Shown: positions 63,821 through 64,000 of the stretch, piece by piece
Layout of the letters: each line of letters starts with the position of its first letter
Position numbering within the stretch: position 1 is the stretch's first letter
Source: Amoebophrya sp. A120
Lineage: Eukaryota; Protista; Dinoflagellata
DNA: 64,000 nt
Assembly (NCBI GenBank): GCA_905178155.1
Contig: CAJINV010000002.1
Location: 4,326,108 to 4,390,107, forward strand
Reading direction: 5' to 3'
Notes under the pieces: generated by a model
Told to the model about the DNA's origin: nothing
The model's database searches: none
What the model saw: the letters and a program-made list of their open reading frames with translations, nothing else
Made by a program: the position numbers and the translations under genes

Positions 63821-64000
63821 TACTGGGGCGGACGGACCTCACTCGCAAAACGCTGGGGCGGACGGACCTCACTCGCAAAACACTGGGGCGGATGGACCTC
63901 ACTCGCAAAACACTGGGGCGGATGGACCACGCGCGCAAAACACTGGGGCGGATGGACCACGCGCGCAAAACACTGGGGCGGATGGACCACGCGCGCAAAG
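63821..64000. repeat. 30-bp tandem minisatellite (6 copies, runs off the window)
   Basis: Unit CACTGGGGCGGATGGACC(TCACT/ACGCG)CGCAAAA, head to tail with no spacers. Confidence 0.95.

Noticed and set aside
63821-64000. CRISPR array
   Set aside because: Units are contiguous near-identical 30-mers with no unique spacers, there are no cas genes, and the context is eukaryotic.
1-64000. Autonomous transposase, reverse transcriptase, rRNA or tRNA genes
   Set aside because: No DDE, RT or recombinase motifs and no recognisable structural RNA were found by eye.

Overview
Eukaryotic genomic DNA, most consistent with a syndinian dinoflagellate of the Amoebophrya type (inferred from gene architecture, not from a database search). 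Eleven protein-coding genes all lie on the + strand: a large low-complexity protein, a SWEET/MtN3-like transporter, a rhomboid protease with a very long N-terminal extension, a small secreted protein, a single-domain voltage-gated cation channel with an EF-hand, an unknown protein, a TPR-like protein, a two-RRM protein, a monoacylglycerol lipase-like alpha/beta hydrolase, a small secreted protein and a MORN-repeat protein. The dominant feature is 68 short (110-956 bp) MITE-like elements from about 10 sequence families, all inside coding sequence. Each has terminal inverted repeats (TIRs) that typically begin TAT and end ATA, and is flanked by a 5-bp direct repeat (DR). Removing each element plus one DR copy restores the reading frame and rebuilds recognisable catalytic motifs, although only about 6 of the 68 can be given GT-AG ends. 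They therefore behave as non-canonical introns (introners). The same families occur in both orientations. All families, and most of the ordinary GT-AG/GA-AG introns, carry copies of a shared GCAT(G/C/T)ACA motif. Family letters (A-K) are my own labels, and coordinates were counted by hand.
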